NCBI RefSeq assembly: GCF_964204865.1
Contig: NC_135255.1
Coordinates: 8,432,001-8,496,000, forward strand
DNA from: Styela clava
Taxonomy: Eukaryota
Length of the DNA: 64,000 nucleotides
Direction of reading: 5' to 3'
Each line of letters opens with the position of its first letter. The stretch's first letter is position 1. The position numbers and the translations under genes were made by a program. This document shows positions 12,141-27,100 of the stretch, one piece after another. Under the pieces are notes generated by a model, which had not been told where the DNA came from, ran no database searches, and was given only the letters and a program-made list of their open reading frames with translations.

Positions 12141-15100
12141 TTAAAAAGCACGCAATGTCAGACTGTAGCGCATCTTTGAACACGCGATTCTTAAAATACT
12201 AATAAGACAAGAGTTAGTCTCATAAAGGACACAGGTCGTGAAAACCAATCTCCCTGTTTTAGACAGCAGTGCTATCATTTGAAAGGCTCACATCACACAT
12301 ATCAGTCAAGTTGTATGTTGATATCAACTCAACTTGCTTTTGATCTACAATATAACAGAAATTACTAATTCAAACCTGTTTCCGTGTCCCAAATAGTAAT
12401 CGAACGTTCCTTTGATCCCGTGAAAAGATAATTATCACCAGGAGAAAATTGTGCACAAGTGACTCCACTCTCAAGCAATGATTCAAAACGTAGTTCATGC
12501 TTTACCTTTGCGATACCATTCTACAACACATAAAAACATAAATTTAACATTTCAAATCGGTAACTCATAATTGAAAATAAAATTTTAAATTGAACTTTTA
12601 TTCATTAAATTTACGACTGGACTAGGTTTCTGCAAAGTGTGGTCCGTGAAATGAAAAGTAGTTGTGTTAGAGGCTTCAACACTCACACAAACGTACACAC
12701 TCTTTTATTAATGTGTGTAATGAATTATTTTACCATTGGTTAAATTAAGTTTACTGCATCTGCAACATCAGTTTATATACGATTCCGGTAATTAGCTACT
12801 AGGATTGTTAATGAAGAATAATGGACATTTTTGAACTATATTCAGCTCATAAATATTTAGGAATATTCAAAAATTTCATTAAACTAAATTAATCAGAAAA
12901 CTTCATGTTTCTGTTTAAAGTTAAAAGTATAAAATAAATCAATTTTCAATAAACGTTCAAAATTATTCGTTTATTTATTAAAAACCGCATAAAATAAAAC
13001 TAGTAAAGATTGGTTATTCAATCCAAAAATTATTTATAGTCTCCTGCAATGAATGTAAATCCAGCGTCTGTATTGACTATAGAATACAGAAAAATAGTGC
13101 GAGCCGTACTCTAGTAAAAAATTTCAATATGTAATTAACTCTTGAATTGATATATATAGAAACTACCTTCAACGTCCATATTCTTCGAACTCGTCCCGTT
13201 GATCCAGAAAATAGAAGGTTATCATTGTTGCTCACAGCTATACAGGTAATAGAATTCTGGTGACTCGAAAACGCCCCACTTTCACGATATTGCCCTTCGT
13301 TATTTTTAGAGTAAAGAAAAAGACATCCAGTACTAGTTCCAAGAATAATAGCATTTTCTATCGCACGTATCGCTGTAACGTTGCCAATTTCTTTGGCTTT
13401 GCTCAAGCTTATTCGTCGGGATATTGTCAAATCATCAGCATTTAGTAAGAGAATGCTGGAAGCGGTCTTCTCGTCAGAAGATTTAATGACAGCTCCAATG
13501 TATTTTTCATCTTTCGGAATAAAAATTAGGATAACGTGGATTCCTTCCTCAAAAAAACTTGATTGTTCCTCCATTTTAGGACAATTTGGCAAATCCTTAG
13601 TATCTTCATTCATGAATGAAATATCATTGCCAAACTTCATGACTTTTCCATTCATTTGCAAAACAATTACACTTTGGCCTTGGTTAGAGAATTTCACTGA
13701 TTTGACAGCATGAGAGTCTAAGCCGGGTATAATCTGAATGTTTTCATTTGATTCTTTTATATTATTAACGTCTTCAATGCACTGTGTGACCACTTTTCCA
13801 TCTTTTTCATAAGTTATATATTTTCCATCCGAACTCAGTGTGTTTGTTGTTTCCTCAAGTTGCAAGCTAGGATGCGGTGGTATAACATCTTCTGTGCGTA
13901 GATCCCATAGTTTAAGATAAAACATCTGAATTAAGTAAATTTTGATCAAATAAGAGCAAAAACAGAAATAATTGGGTTTGTTGAAATTACTCTATATTGT
14001 ATCTTTGAGTGGTGTTCCTTCTATAGGGGAATTTCGGTACTTAAGTACTAGAAAGCAGAAAAATATTTAAATTCTGCTATATTAATAATGACATCGATAT
14101 GAACACACTCGACAACGCGACGTCGCGCAGTGCGGACGTCTTTGTGAGCATAAACCTGGATACAAACTATCTTCTTTTTGTGGAAGAAACTGGATACAAC
14201 ACTACATTAATACGGTGAGATCGTTTCTTTATATTCGATCTGTATATATTGCTGTATATAAAGTGCAATTGACTGAAATCCGGTACAAATTTTCTTTTGG
14301 AGAGTGAACGTTTATTACGGATAAAGCTGTTTTATGTTATAAGATGGACGGCGATGAATCGCCAACTTCTTCCGGAGTGAAAAGGAAGGGGGACGATAGT
14401 AATTCTAATGCCCAAAGTAAAGTAAAAATTAACACAATAAGTCAAGAAAATGACGTTATTCAAAAAACAATGGCGAGTACTAAACTACCGTATGAGGAGG
14501 CAAAGAACCACATTAAGCAAACTATTTCAGAAACTGCGCAATTTTCGGCAAATGATTTTCCGGCTCTTCCCAGTAAAGTTCCTTTTCAAGGAAGTACACC
14601 TGTCCTTATGATTAGAAAGTCGAAAGATATATTGTCATCAGATAAGTCATCTCAACAAGCGCCTATTATAGGCCAATTTAGTCGCCCCAATTCGAAAGAA
14701 GTAAATGAAGATAAGAATGCACCTATATCTCTGGACCCAATACATTTTTTCGCATTTATCGCAGAAGTCATAAAAAATACGCTGGAGGTTTCTCAAAGTG
14801 GAAAAGAATGTGATGTTTACGCTATTGTCTCGATGTCCGCTGGCGCTCAATTTGGATTCGATGTCGACGCTGGCAACCTTAAAAATGCAATAAAACAACA
14901 TTCAACCAAAAAGTAAAATTAACTATCATCCAATGGAATTGCCGTAGTATATACCGGAAACTAGGTGAATTGAAAAACTTTATTAGTGCTTCACACCCGA
15001 AACCTGACGTAATAGCCATCCAAGAAAGCAATCTCACACCAAAGTATAATCCTAGCATACCAGGGTATACCCTAGTACGCAAAGATAGATTGATTAGTAA

Positions 15101-18100
15101 AGGTGGTGGCATCTTATTTGTTATAAAAAATAATATATCTTTTGTTGAAATACCTTTACAACCTCTAAATGGCGCAGAAGCTCAAAGTGTCAGTTTGGGA
15201 AATCTTAAGATAGTCAATGTATACGTCCCACCTGATGTTAGAATTTCTTAATATGCCTTCGAACGATTTTTTGATCAATTTTCACGACAAACAGTTTTTT
15301 GTGGGGATTTTAATTCACATCATTTCTTGTGGGGTAGCCCAACAAACAATCAACGAGAACTAGCTCTTGCTGGAGCTATTGGCAGCACAGATTTAGTAGT
15401 ACTTAACACCTCTGTTCCCACTAGGATAAATTTATCCCATAACAGAGTAAATAATTGGTCGTTATTGGATTTAACAATAGCATCTCCTGATGTTGCCCAT
15501 AGATGTAATACAATTGTGACCAACGAGTTACTGGGAAGTGATCACGTAATGGTTAAAACTTATTTTAACGTAACACAAGTCGGTGACACAAGTAATTACA
15601 TGGAATCATGGCGACTCGATAAAGCAAATTGGGATAAGTTCTCGGAATTAAGTAAAACGCGCATCAGTGAGAATATAGTCACAAGCGATACAAATGAATT
15701 CAATGATTTTCTTACAAATGCGATTATCTTAGCAGCAAATGAATCAATATCACGAACAAAATCCTACACAAAAAATGGCATCCCATGGTGGAATGCTGAT
15801 TGCGACAAAGCCATACGGCTAAGAAAAGCGGCGTTCCTTAAAATGAAAAGGTCGATGTCCATCGAAAATGTGATAATGTATAAAAAACGTAGATCTGAAG
15901 CAAGAAGAATAATATTAAAGGCTAAAAGGCAGAGTTGGCATGATTACTGTAGCTCACTGGACAAGAATGAAAAACTCAGCAACGTATGGAAAATGGTTAG
16001 GCGCTTCACTAAAAGCAAGGTATACGAACAAATCCCCGGCCTTAAACACAATGGTATAACAGCAATCGAAGATTCCGAAAAAGCTGAGCTTCTGGCGAGT
16101 TCGTTCTCGGCGGTCAGTAGCAATGAAAACTACACTCCGAAATTTCTTCAAAGAAAGATCGCATTCGAATCCTCACATGACGTAACAATCTTCAAGGCTA
16201 ATCACAAATTGGATAAAAATATCACAATGAAAGAACTTAATCAAGTTTTAAAACCAAGAAAAAGCACTGCTCCAGGACTAGACAAGATTTGCTACGCGAT
16301 GCTTATAAAATTGCCCGCAGAATGTAAAGACATATTACTCAAATTGTTCAATTTGATTTTGAACAAAGGGAGTACGCTCTGTTGTAATTCCGATTCTTAA
16401 ATCCAATAAACAAAAAGACCAACGATCTTCATATAGGCCTATATCTTTAACTAGCAATTTATGTAAGGTCTTTGAAAGAATTATAGTTCGCAGACTGAAG
16501 TGGTTTGTTGAAAAAAATGGCATATTATGTAGAGAACAGAGCGGTTTTAGGTGGAGGAGATCTACAACTGATGCATATCTAAAATTACACGATGACATAT
16601 ATAAAGCTTTACCAAATAAAAGATCTGTACTTGGCATTTTCTTAGACATGGAAAAAGCGTATGACATGGTATGGAAAAGAGGACTGTTATACAAACTATA
16701 TAAGATTGGTGTCACCGGGAAAATTTGGATTTTTGTTGCATCTTTTCTGACAAATCGTTCATTTCAGGTTAGAATAGGCAGTCGTCTTTCAAGTATATTC
16801 TCATTAGAAAACGGAATTCCTCAAGGGAGCGTAATCAGCCCACTGCTATTCAATATAATGATAAACGATATGCCTAGTACTATTTCATCAGATAATGTTG
16901 GATTGTTTGCAGACGATAGCGCTCTATGGCATATTGGTCTCAATATTGAAGATTTAATCATTTCCTCTCAGAACTCGTTGGATTGCATTCAGTCCTGGTG
17001 CAATCAATGGGGTTTTAAGATCTCGGTCACAAAATCAATAGTTGTACTCTTCACCCGAAAGAGAAAATTACCACCAATACAACTACACATAAACGGTGTA
17101 ATACTCCCAGTCAGGAATGAAGTAAGATACCTCGGAGTCTATTTCGATAGGCGCTTAAATTATAAGAGACATATCGAATATGTTGTACAAAAATGTAGTA
17201 AACGGATTAATCTGCTGCGTTTGCTTAGATCCCTAGTTCGACCCATTATTGAATATGGTATGGAAGCCTATTTTTCAGCATCAATAAATGCCATAAGAAA
17301 AATCGAAATTATCCAATCTCAAAGTCTACGCATCGCTGCAGGTGGCATGATGAGTACGCCTAAAATTGCTTTACAAGTTTGTTGTAATGAGATGCCATTG
17401 AGTATACGACGATTACAATTATGCCTCTTATATAAGGCTAAACTGCTAACATTTGTTGACCATCCTTGCCACGAAGTCATCGAACACTCATGGCATGAAA
17501 TATTTCCCAACTCTCCAGCATTTCGTACATTTGGTATGATTGCAAGGACTTTCGATATTGACTAATTGGATATTAGTATTATTAAAGCCGAAGAAATTCC
17601 CCCATGGTATTTGGACGAAATTAATATCGACGATGCATTATCGAATATACTTTTTCCTTGGTATACGCCTGACCAAACAAAAGCTATAAGTTTGAATTAT
17701 ATAAATGAATCCTATCAATCACACGTGCATATCTATACCGATGGGTCAAAAATTGATGACAAATGCGGTGCTGCGGTTTATGTTCCATATAATAATTCTC
17801 GTATGGGTTTTAGGCTAGACAAAGACTGTTCCTCGTTTGATTGCGAAGTTTTTGCAATATATAGTGCCCTTACATGGTCAAAAAATAACTATAAAGGGAA
17901 TATACTTGTCATATCGGATTGTATGTCTGCTATACACGCTATAAATAATAACTCGGATCAAATTAGTAATATATCTTCAAATATTCAGACTTGTCTTTTT
18001 GAGTTACAGGAACAAGGATGCAAAATCACACTACTATGGGCTCCAGGACATGTTGGCATTCCGGGTAACGAAGTCGCCGACAAAATATCAAAGGTATCAG

Positions 18101-21100
18101 CGGCGAAAGTCGATGTGGACAAAAGATTATCCCAATCACAAAACAAAGTCAAATCACAAATTCGACAATTCTGCGCTAATAAATGGGATCAACATTTTAT
18201 ACAAAGTGACCAAGCGTTTCATTACAAGACAATTTTCCCCTCAATTGAAGACAGCATCAAGAATTCCACTTGGTCACCACGAATAATGGACAAAATTTTA
18301 TTTCGACTTCAGACGGGACATTGCCGTTTAAATGGGCATCACCATAAAATAGGATGCCATAATAATGGACTTTGCGATTTCTGTAATGATCCAGAGACAG
18401 TGGAACATTTTCTAATGAACTGTCGTGCATATAGAAATGAAAGACGCATACTAAAGATGAAATGCCGCGATTATGGCATTGAATTTCAACTCAAAGCTAT
18501 CTTACGCGACCCTAGTATTTTCCCTGCTCTTGTTAATTTTGTGAAATCTACCAAGAGAGTCATATAGGCATATACAAAATTTTGATTTAAATTGTCTGGC
18601 GCAAAAGACTCAAATTGTTTAAAGCGCCATATATTACCATACCACACACACACATCGATATGAAAGTGGGTGTAAATCTAACCAGTTTTAACATTTCTGA
18701 AGCCGAAACAAGAATCTCCGAAAATAAAAGATTTTTGTGAATAATCTAATATCGTTTCAATCGATTTCAAAAACAACCATTTTTTGCATTTTTTTTTACA
18801 ATCAGAAGTTAGAATTAGCATAGATTTCTCACTTGGGAAGAAGCTGTAACTCCCACACGTTCCCCAATCTCAAGGTGATCGATCGAAGCTCCTGTACCTT
18901 CCCAAGTATTAATTATTTGTGACTGATTCCCATCTCTTAGCTTCCATAGAACAACTTTCTTCGTAGCGTAAGCAATTGCCAGGGTATGTTCGTCGACAAA
19001 TCTAGCCTTTGTAATGGCATCATGATGATCATTTATACTGTGGGTTAACTGAAAAAATAGGATTTTGGTATTGAAATAAAATGAGGAAAAAAATTGGGTA
19101 CTCTCGTAGTATGTGAACCAGCAGGATGGCGGACACCTGAATGTACGTGTGTACCTGATTAGGGTTGGGCCATAAATTGGAATAAAATTATGGCCTAACC
19201 CTAACCTGGTACACATACCACGTCCCGGTGTCCATCATATTGGTTCACATACTACGGGAGTACCGAAAGTTGATTTTTTCGATTCTCTTGGCAAAATTTA
19301 GCGGCTAGAAGAAATATTTTCACAACAACAACAATATAAAAGATAACAACAGCAATTTACCAACACGATGCATATGTACATTTTGTGTCCAATAATTGCC
19401 GTTTCAGGCCCTACTATATATGGTATTACTAAAGTACTCATTGCCATCAACTGTTGAAATTATATACCTTTATTTGACCATCTTTGACAATGTAAACTTC
19501 CACTGCATTTGAAAACGAAATTGATATTGAGAATCCATCACGTGATCGGTCACAATCGATCACGTCAGCGTTTTTGCTTGACGTAGTGCTTACGATTTCA
19601 AATGTACTGGCAAGCAATGATGATAAAGAGCCATCTTTCCATACAGCGAGAATATTATTAGTTTCAGGTTGCAAGTCAATTAAAGATAATATTGGAGTGG
19701 ATGAGTCCGATGGATGTGCCATCGATCCTGTTTCTTGACCTAGAGACAAGTGAAATTGGTGCATACTATGACACGTTGTATTTTCCAAATTATTTTGTGA
19801 AATCGTTCAACCGTCTGTACCCGGTTGAGAAATAGACTAACCATAAACAAGCGTCGAAAATGTCGACTTATCTTAAAATGACTACGACTTGAAATGTCGT
19901 ACTAATTTTTAACCTAGCCGTTCTGCCATTTTCGTCGGCTTGAAGAAACATCGGATTAAAAACTTATTTAATCTGTAGAGTATTTCCACCAGGGAAACTG
20001 GGGGAAATACTTCCAATACTTTACCATCGCAAAATTTTTGATGCCTATTTTGGGAGTTTTCTACGAGTACAAACTGGTTTATGTGTTAGAAACGAGCATT
20101 TTATTTTCAAATACTTACCTACTTGTTTGACAACCACATCACATAGTTTTGGACTAAAATCTATCAAGGACTTTTAGTGACTGTTTTGAGTTAAACTGAA
20201 ACCCTTCCAAATACAAAACGACCGCTATATTATTCGAATTACACTTGAATTTATGACTTATAACACGAAAATTACAAACAAAACTCAAAACTACGAAAAC
20301 GAGTCAATGTTTACGACCATGCTACTTAATTTGTCCGAGTGTCAAAATTGTGTCAAATGTCTTATTGCTACGTCATCGTTAATTTATTTCTTATTAGCCA
20401 CTATTACGGAAAAACAAGAAGGTAGTTACTATAGTAGTAACATGCATGTCTACTATCTAACCTGTCTCAACGTCAAATCCAACACATTTGCCGGTTTCTT
20501 GTCCAACGATGACCATGTTACGATCGGTAGAGATAAAACTTGTAGATGCAGAAACACAATTGTCAATACTGATCAATAATTTCGATTCTTTTGTGATTGA
20601 ATCCCAACATTGCAACTGAAGATTAAAGTATAGAAATAGCATTCAATAAAACTTGAATAACATTTATAACAAATAATAAATACCACGGGGTTTACTAATT
20701 AGAGGTCACGTCATTTAATACTTTACAATTGATTTTTAATATTCAGGGATAAATCAAATATTTCAAGTTCCAAAAAAATAAAAAAATAAAAAATCATGTT
20801 ATGTTTTTTATATGTAGTATACGTATAATTTCCCAGAAATAATGAAAATTTTAATTGATTGAAATTACACAAATGTTTGGTGTTCTTCAGTGCTCAGTGT
20901 TTATTCTTTGAATTTATGGATATTTCCTATTCGATGATGTTTCCCCGACTATCGACGTCTCTGTTTACTTCCGTAAAATTTGCTAATCGGCAAGATGTCA
21001 ACGTCTACGTAGCAATTGAAATTTTAGTAGCCGCTTTTCACTTTCAAATGAGGGTAGATATACCTTTTGAATTCAATATTGGTTTTCAGGAGTGAACGGT

Positions 21101-24100
21101 TGGGGAAACATCTATTACAGCAGGATTGTGAAAATTAGTCGACTAAATCGAGCCGAAATAAATTAATAAATGATGCTACGTTTGCTGAAATTTTTTTACT
21201 ATCGCATTTTAAAATTAAGGGAGTAACAAAATCTCACCAAATGATCTGACACGCAAACAATCTTATTTGCAGTCAAATGTAGTTTAGCATAAATCGTTGT
21301 CTCCAGTTGTGGCAGAATCGCTTCAAAACACTGATTTCCATTATCCAAATAAAACATTTTCACCATTTTATCTTTTGAGCATGTCGCTACTTTATTGTTC
21401 CCTTTTACTTCTGTAAAATACGATTTTTTGATGATCAGAATTATTATAGTGAGAGTCTGTTTCTCAACAATGAAATATTATTAGTATACATACTATTCCA
21501 AGGGCGAAAAATTCAAAGATAATATTAATAGATATAATATTAAAATTCAAACAGAGAGGACCTAATTGATTCTTCAGTGTGGCGATATCCTAGTCACGCG
21601 CCCAGCATCTCATCCCCGGCGTTTAAAATTGCGCAAATTGGGACAACGCCGAAACGGAAAAAAATCCGTTTTTACAAACGTATAGTAGCTACCATAGCTT
21701 CTTTCATAGGTTTTATGTGCAAACCGTCATTGCGAGTGAGAGGCGTGAGAACGTCGTATAAAACATCAATACTGTTGGATAAAAGTTTGGATAAAATATC
21801 AAAATATTTTATCTTTTATTTACCTAATTTTTAAAGCTGAACACTGTGTTCCATTGTGCATATACCACCTACCTGTAAAAGTAATATAAAGAACAGCGTC
21901 TGAATGAGCGTCAATCCTGTGCACAACCTCGTCGTTTTTTGTATCCCAAACCATCAAAGAACCATTCGAAGATCCAGCAGCAAAAATACTTTCCACGGAA
22001 GAAAATTTGACCTGTGTTACTGGAGTCTGAAAACCGGTGATCGTGGTACGTAGTGGTCCACCTTTAAAAATGTTTTAATCGGCAAAGTTAAATTCCTATC
22101 GTATATAAATAACGATATTTAAAAGATATTCAGGTGTCGAATAACATTTTCGTCGGCATGGTAACTAAAAGTGTCGTAGAGGAATAATTGTACGTCGTGT
22201 TTAAAGTATTTTGTGTCGGTTCATTTGTTTAAAAATTTATAGATAATATGTTAGATATGTAAACGTTCATCGAATACTATACATCACTTGGTTAGTGAAT
22301 AGAACCATGCTATTTCTATGAGATAATTAACAGTTGACCCGAAGAGATTGACCTTCCAAACTGCCCGTCTTTTGTTCCCAGTCCAAATATTGTGTCCCGT
22401 GGGATCGTACCGGAAAATAGTCGACCGTTTCATATGTCAATGAATATCTATATCACCATACTGCACAATCACGGCTGTATTGAACATTTCCAATAAAGAA
22501 AGTCTGCTATTTTAATACGCTTTACTTTACATGGATAACCCTACAGGCCTAACACGATTGTTGGCATGAACAAGCTTCCGGTCCGATTTAGTGCTGTAGA
22601 AAAATCTTAGATTTTCATTCAAAGATTGATATTAAATTATTTTGCACTCCGTTCAATGTACGTAATAACCGAATTGTTGTACGTAAGTTTACTTGTTGTA
22701 CTTCATAACTATAATACAAAAATACTCCAACACCTTTGTAAGCTCCGCCATAGAAAGTTTTCGCGGCAATAAATACACGCGATGTTGCACCGTTGTTGTT
22801 GCCATGTTATCATTACTGGACAAAGATGTTATGCATTTAGAATCATAGCGATTCATTTTCGCTGTACATATTCGTTGAGTTTCCCACTATTTAAGATTTT
22901 AACATTTCATATATATGAACAACGGTTTAAATCGAGTTCAAAGTTTATAATATCGTCACGCTACTAACCGAATTGCGTAAGTCATTTTTAGCAGTTTTGA
23001 GTAAATCGTAAAAAACTTCCTAATGATTTTGTTATGCAATTGAGAGTAAATAATTTGCCATGGTTCAATTTTTTGATCGTAGCCGGATTTAAGTTAATTT
23101 GTATGACGCAGTTAAGTGACGTCATAATGGCGCACTGTGACTTGGGCAAAAATGTGTCTATGACTTGGGGACATACGCAATTTTGCAACTTCACTATATG
23201 CACCAGTCCTGAAAACTAAACATTCCAAAAACGAATGTAATTCTCAGTATCTACAATGTGCAATCCCCAAAATAGCTAATCAGTTTCAATTACATTATTT
23301 TTTATGTTTAAAAATATATATTTTATCAATATAACACGTTCTGCACACCCACCGAAATAAGACTAAGATTAAATATGAAGAATAAAACAGCAAAGCACCC
23401 AATATAAAAGCCAACCAAGGTAAATTGTACTCGGACAGTGAATATTACAAGTGCAGGTCTTCCTATACTGTAGTAAAAATTCAAATTAATACGCGCTAAG
23501 CTAGAATCCGAGATGCAAAAACTCGAAAACACTTCGCCGAGGTTATTTTGCCTTTGTGACGTCACAATAGTCCCGCGGTAGCAATGATAATTCATTATGA
23601 CGAAACAATTGCACAAATGTGCATGTCATACTAAATCTCCATTTTTATGGGTTTCGGAATTCCTAAAATAAAATCTGAGTTAACAGACAGGAGCGCAGCA
23701 TGACATAAATACCTATTTTATAAAAAACTCAAAATCGCCAAAAACGACTTACGCAATTCCGTTATTAGCGTGACGATATATACTTACTCTCTAGTATTAT
23801 TCCGTCTCATTATATTGAATAACACTCATACCTGGAGGTTGAAAATACCCATTCAATGGCAAGAGGACTTCATCGTTGTCATCTTTCAGTGAGTTATAAC
23901 ATTGGTTGATTAGCTTTCCAAGAAATTGTGGAAATTCATCCGAGAAATATTTTAATCGACAAAACAATTCAGCAAACAGATGATTTCTCACTCCAGCTGT
24001 CAGAATAACATATGGACAGTATCATAGAACTTGGTCAGGCCTGCTGCATCGCTGCCCGCCAATTAACTGAACGGGGAGTCAGCAATCAGCAAACCCTAAC

Positions 24101-27100
24101 TACGAACTTGTTACCTGATCTTGAGAGCTGATCGTCTCATTTGCTGACACTAAAGTTGATGGTTTTTTGCAATTCAGTAAATAAAAAATATAAGTATGAT
24201 TCAGTACATCACCGATTTAAATAAATAAAAAAATAAATTAATGACATTTGAAGCAAAATAACTGATCTATGAAATATGAAACAATGTATATTATTCTGAT
24301 GTATATAAATATGATTTTCGCCGTCCAATACAATTATAATAAAACGGTACAAATGTAATTTTAATGAAACCATAATTTATCGGTACAAATATTGAATATT
24401 ACTTAGAAGTTAATCAATCAACACAAGGGTCAAATGACTGACTGCAATACAAATAACAGAAACGATGCGGTCCATAGTAAACATGACGTGCAACATAACG
24501 TTTATCTGATATTTGAATAATTCAAATCGTGTCCCACCACCGTAACAATTCACCGTAATGACGAGGCCCCAGAGTTGCCGAAAAGATGGCAGACTGGCCA
24601 AACGAAATGTCACAATATAAACTTTTTGAGGTAGAATATCGAGGCCCAAAAAAGACTTCTCCCATAAACTGACAACTTTGCGGAGCAATTTTTTTTTTAT
24701 AAAAACAACAACCACTCTAATCACCCCAATAGAAAGGACAACAATTTAGCAAAACTTCGTGTTCACTGAAAACATTTTATGCGGTTGCCAACCTCGTTTA
24801 TTTATTGATATATTGATATTTATCGTAACTGAATTTCACGAAATTTTGTGTTCAGTATAAGTCCATCCTGATAATGCAAATTGATATTTATACACTTTGA
24901 ATTTCATCCACATAAAACCGAAATACGTTGCTGAGAAAGTCAGGACAAATTGGGATAAAGTTTTCAATACCATACTCTTTCTATTTCTTCTATTTCTAAT
25001 ATCTACCTCTACATACATAAAAAAAATATCTCTAAATATAGAATTGATTATATTCCTACCTGGGAATTCCAATGTTGGTTTAGCAAGTTTAATAGCATCT
25101 CTGATTAACCTTGTTTCAGTATCGGGATGCTGTTTCAAAGCAAGATCAAAATCTTCTATCGCTTCTGTTATTAATATAAAAAGTTATTATTATTATTTTT
25201 GAATAGAATATAGCGGTAGGAAAGAAAATCATCATGAAAATCTGTGTATTTTACACGTTATATAATATATGCAATATAATATTGATGGAGAAAAATGCCT
25301 CAAGTTTAACCACGCGAAAATATTGGATGAGAATGCTTCTTGATCGCCGATATTGGCGATCCCAAAACAGAAATGTGAAAAAATACATGAGCCGCAGTGT
25401 ATATTATATAAATTTGACAATTTCTCAGATAATGCTTTTGTCTATGTGCGGAAGCCAATTGACCGAAATATACCCCTGGTATAATTTTGCGCATAATTGA
25501 CAATCGCGCGAACAAAATTTAATATTCACCTTTTATAGAAAATGCTTTAATTTTTGTCTTCAACCAGCGAGAATTCGCCAAAACATTTTCTCTCAATTCA
25601 TCCCATAATCCAGCTTGAAGAAGACAGTAAGGAAGTTCTCGCATCTTTCTCACGTTGAATACAGCGTTGGAAAACTGAAGAGGCTGTGAATGTTTATTAA
25701 ATTATAGGTTGTTTCATATTCTCGGTGGATAAACTGATGCCAAATGACTTATTTTCTCTATAAATTTTGATTTATTTTTAGTATAGTTTCTCTAAACAAG
25801 AGAGCAATGATCAAGTATATGGATACGAAAATAGCGCATCAGTGCTGGTTCAGTTAGGAGTTAGTTGCCTGTTTGGGCACCGAGTTTGCTGGAGAGATCG
25901 GCGGAAGATGTGATGGAATAAAGTGTCCCCTTATTCTATAGATTGTTCCCACGAAATAAATAAAACAACAGCATTTAGAGTTGTCCGGGGAGAGAAGACC
26001 GGGGCTATAGGCCGCAAAGAAAATTTAAAAAAATTAGAGTGGAACCTTCTCAAGGAATTTTAAATTGATTGGCTCATTATTTGCAAAGAAAGGGCGATAT
26101 TCATTTAGCAAAACGAGCCATAAAACTATTTCGTGTCCACAATTAAGCATACTAATACGTCACATCAAATTCACCTGATTTGCAACTCTCCTGTCGACTT
26201 CTTTGGGTCTGTCCCACATTTTCAGCGCCAAGCTTTTCTTTTGTCCTTCACCATACTTGTTGGAAAAATATTCACTTAAAACTTTATAAACTTTCACGGA
26301 ATCATCTTCTTGCAAATATCTTTGTCTTGCGACTTCTATAAATTGCCTGAAATGTTTCAAAATAATGCATGAAATACTTTGCAAGTTGGACTCTATGTGC
26401 CAATGTACCAATATAACGTCAAATTGTTGTACTGGTACAGATGTTAGTGATTTGTTCTATATATTTGAGCATTACTCTCCTTTTTCAATAACTCTGTCCA
26501 TGGTTTGCCAATTATTCACAACTTACCGATGATATAGGGCTAATACAGTATGTCCTGTAGCTTGTCTCTGCACTATGTATTCCCCAAGATCATAATAGAG
26601 TCGGGTCCAAGTGAAGGCAGGAATCCTAGCTACGTCTTGTGAAGGAGGAGACCAGTACTGGTAGACGTCGTGCATAACTTCGTCGTCGAGAGAAAGAAGA
26701 TCCTGTAACTCATTTTCTGTTACCCCATCCCTAGATAAATATGAGTATGATAACCAAAATGGTACGCATTTCGAACAATGATGAACAACAAATCAGGTGG
26801 AATACAACAGTTATTCACAGAACAGATCTGTCGAGTCCGAAAGATGGAACTTTATTTAATAGTAATAACCGGAGTCAAAACATTTAACAGAAATTCTGAA
26901 AAAACTAAGCGCTCTTATCAGTTTGTTACTATTATCAAAATTTGAATTCCACAGGAGGTCGGAGTAGTAAAAGAAGTCGGAGTATACATTATTACGAAGT
27001 AAAATTGTACATCACTGTCATCAAGTCAACGCCAAACTTGATGGTCTTGTTTGATTACCTCGCTGCGACAAGATATCCAAGCGCCCGAGATGCAAACATT

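Larger units (their letters stand above)
14104..18651 (+). mobile_element. Non-LTR retrotransposon (LINE, I group / Nimb-like), both ends present, decayed
   Basis: 13-bp TSD acatcgatatgaa at 14091-14103 and 18652-18664. 3' stem tggcgc...gcgcca and (CA)n tail. ORF2 has APE (IIQWNCRS, IAIQES, GDFN, GSDH), RT (YRPISLTS, GIPQGSVISP, FADD, YLG), RNase H (YTDGSK, WAPGHVGIPGNE) and C-terminal CxxC...H...C. Lies antisense in an NWD intron. Confidence 0.95.

Noticed and set aside
24550-24605. Hammerhead-ribozyme-like string tgacgag-gc...gc-cgaaa
   Set aside because: Lacks the core C of CUGANGA and a convincing stem III with a UH cleavage site; at best a degenerate relic.
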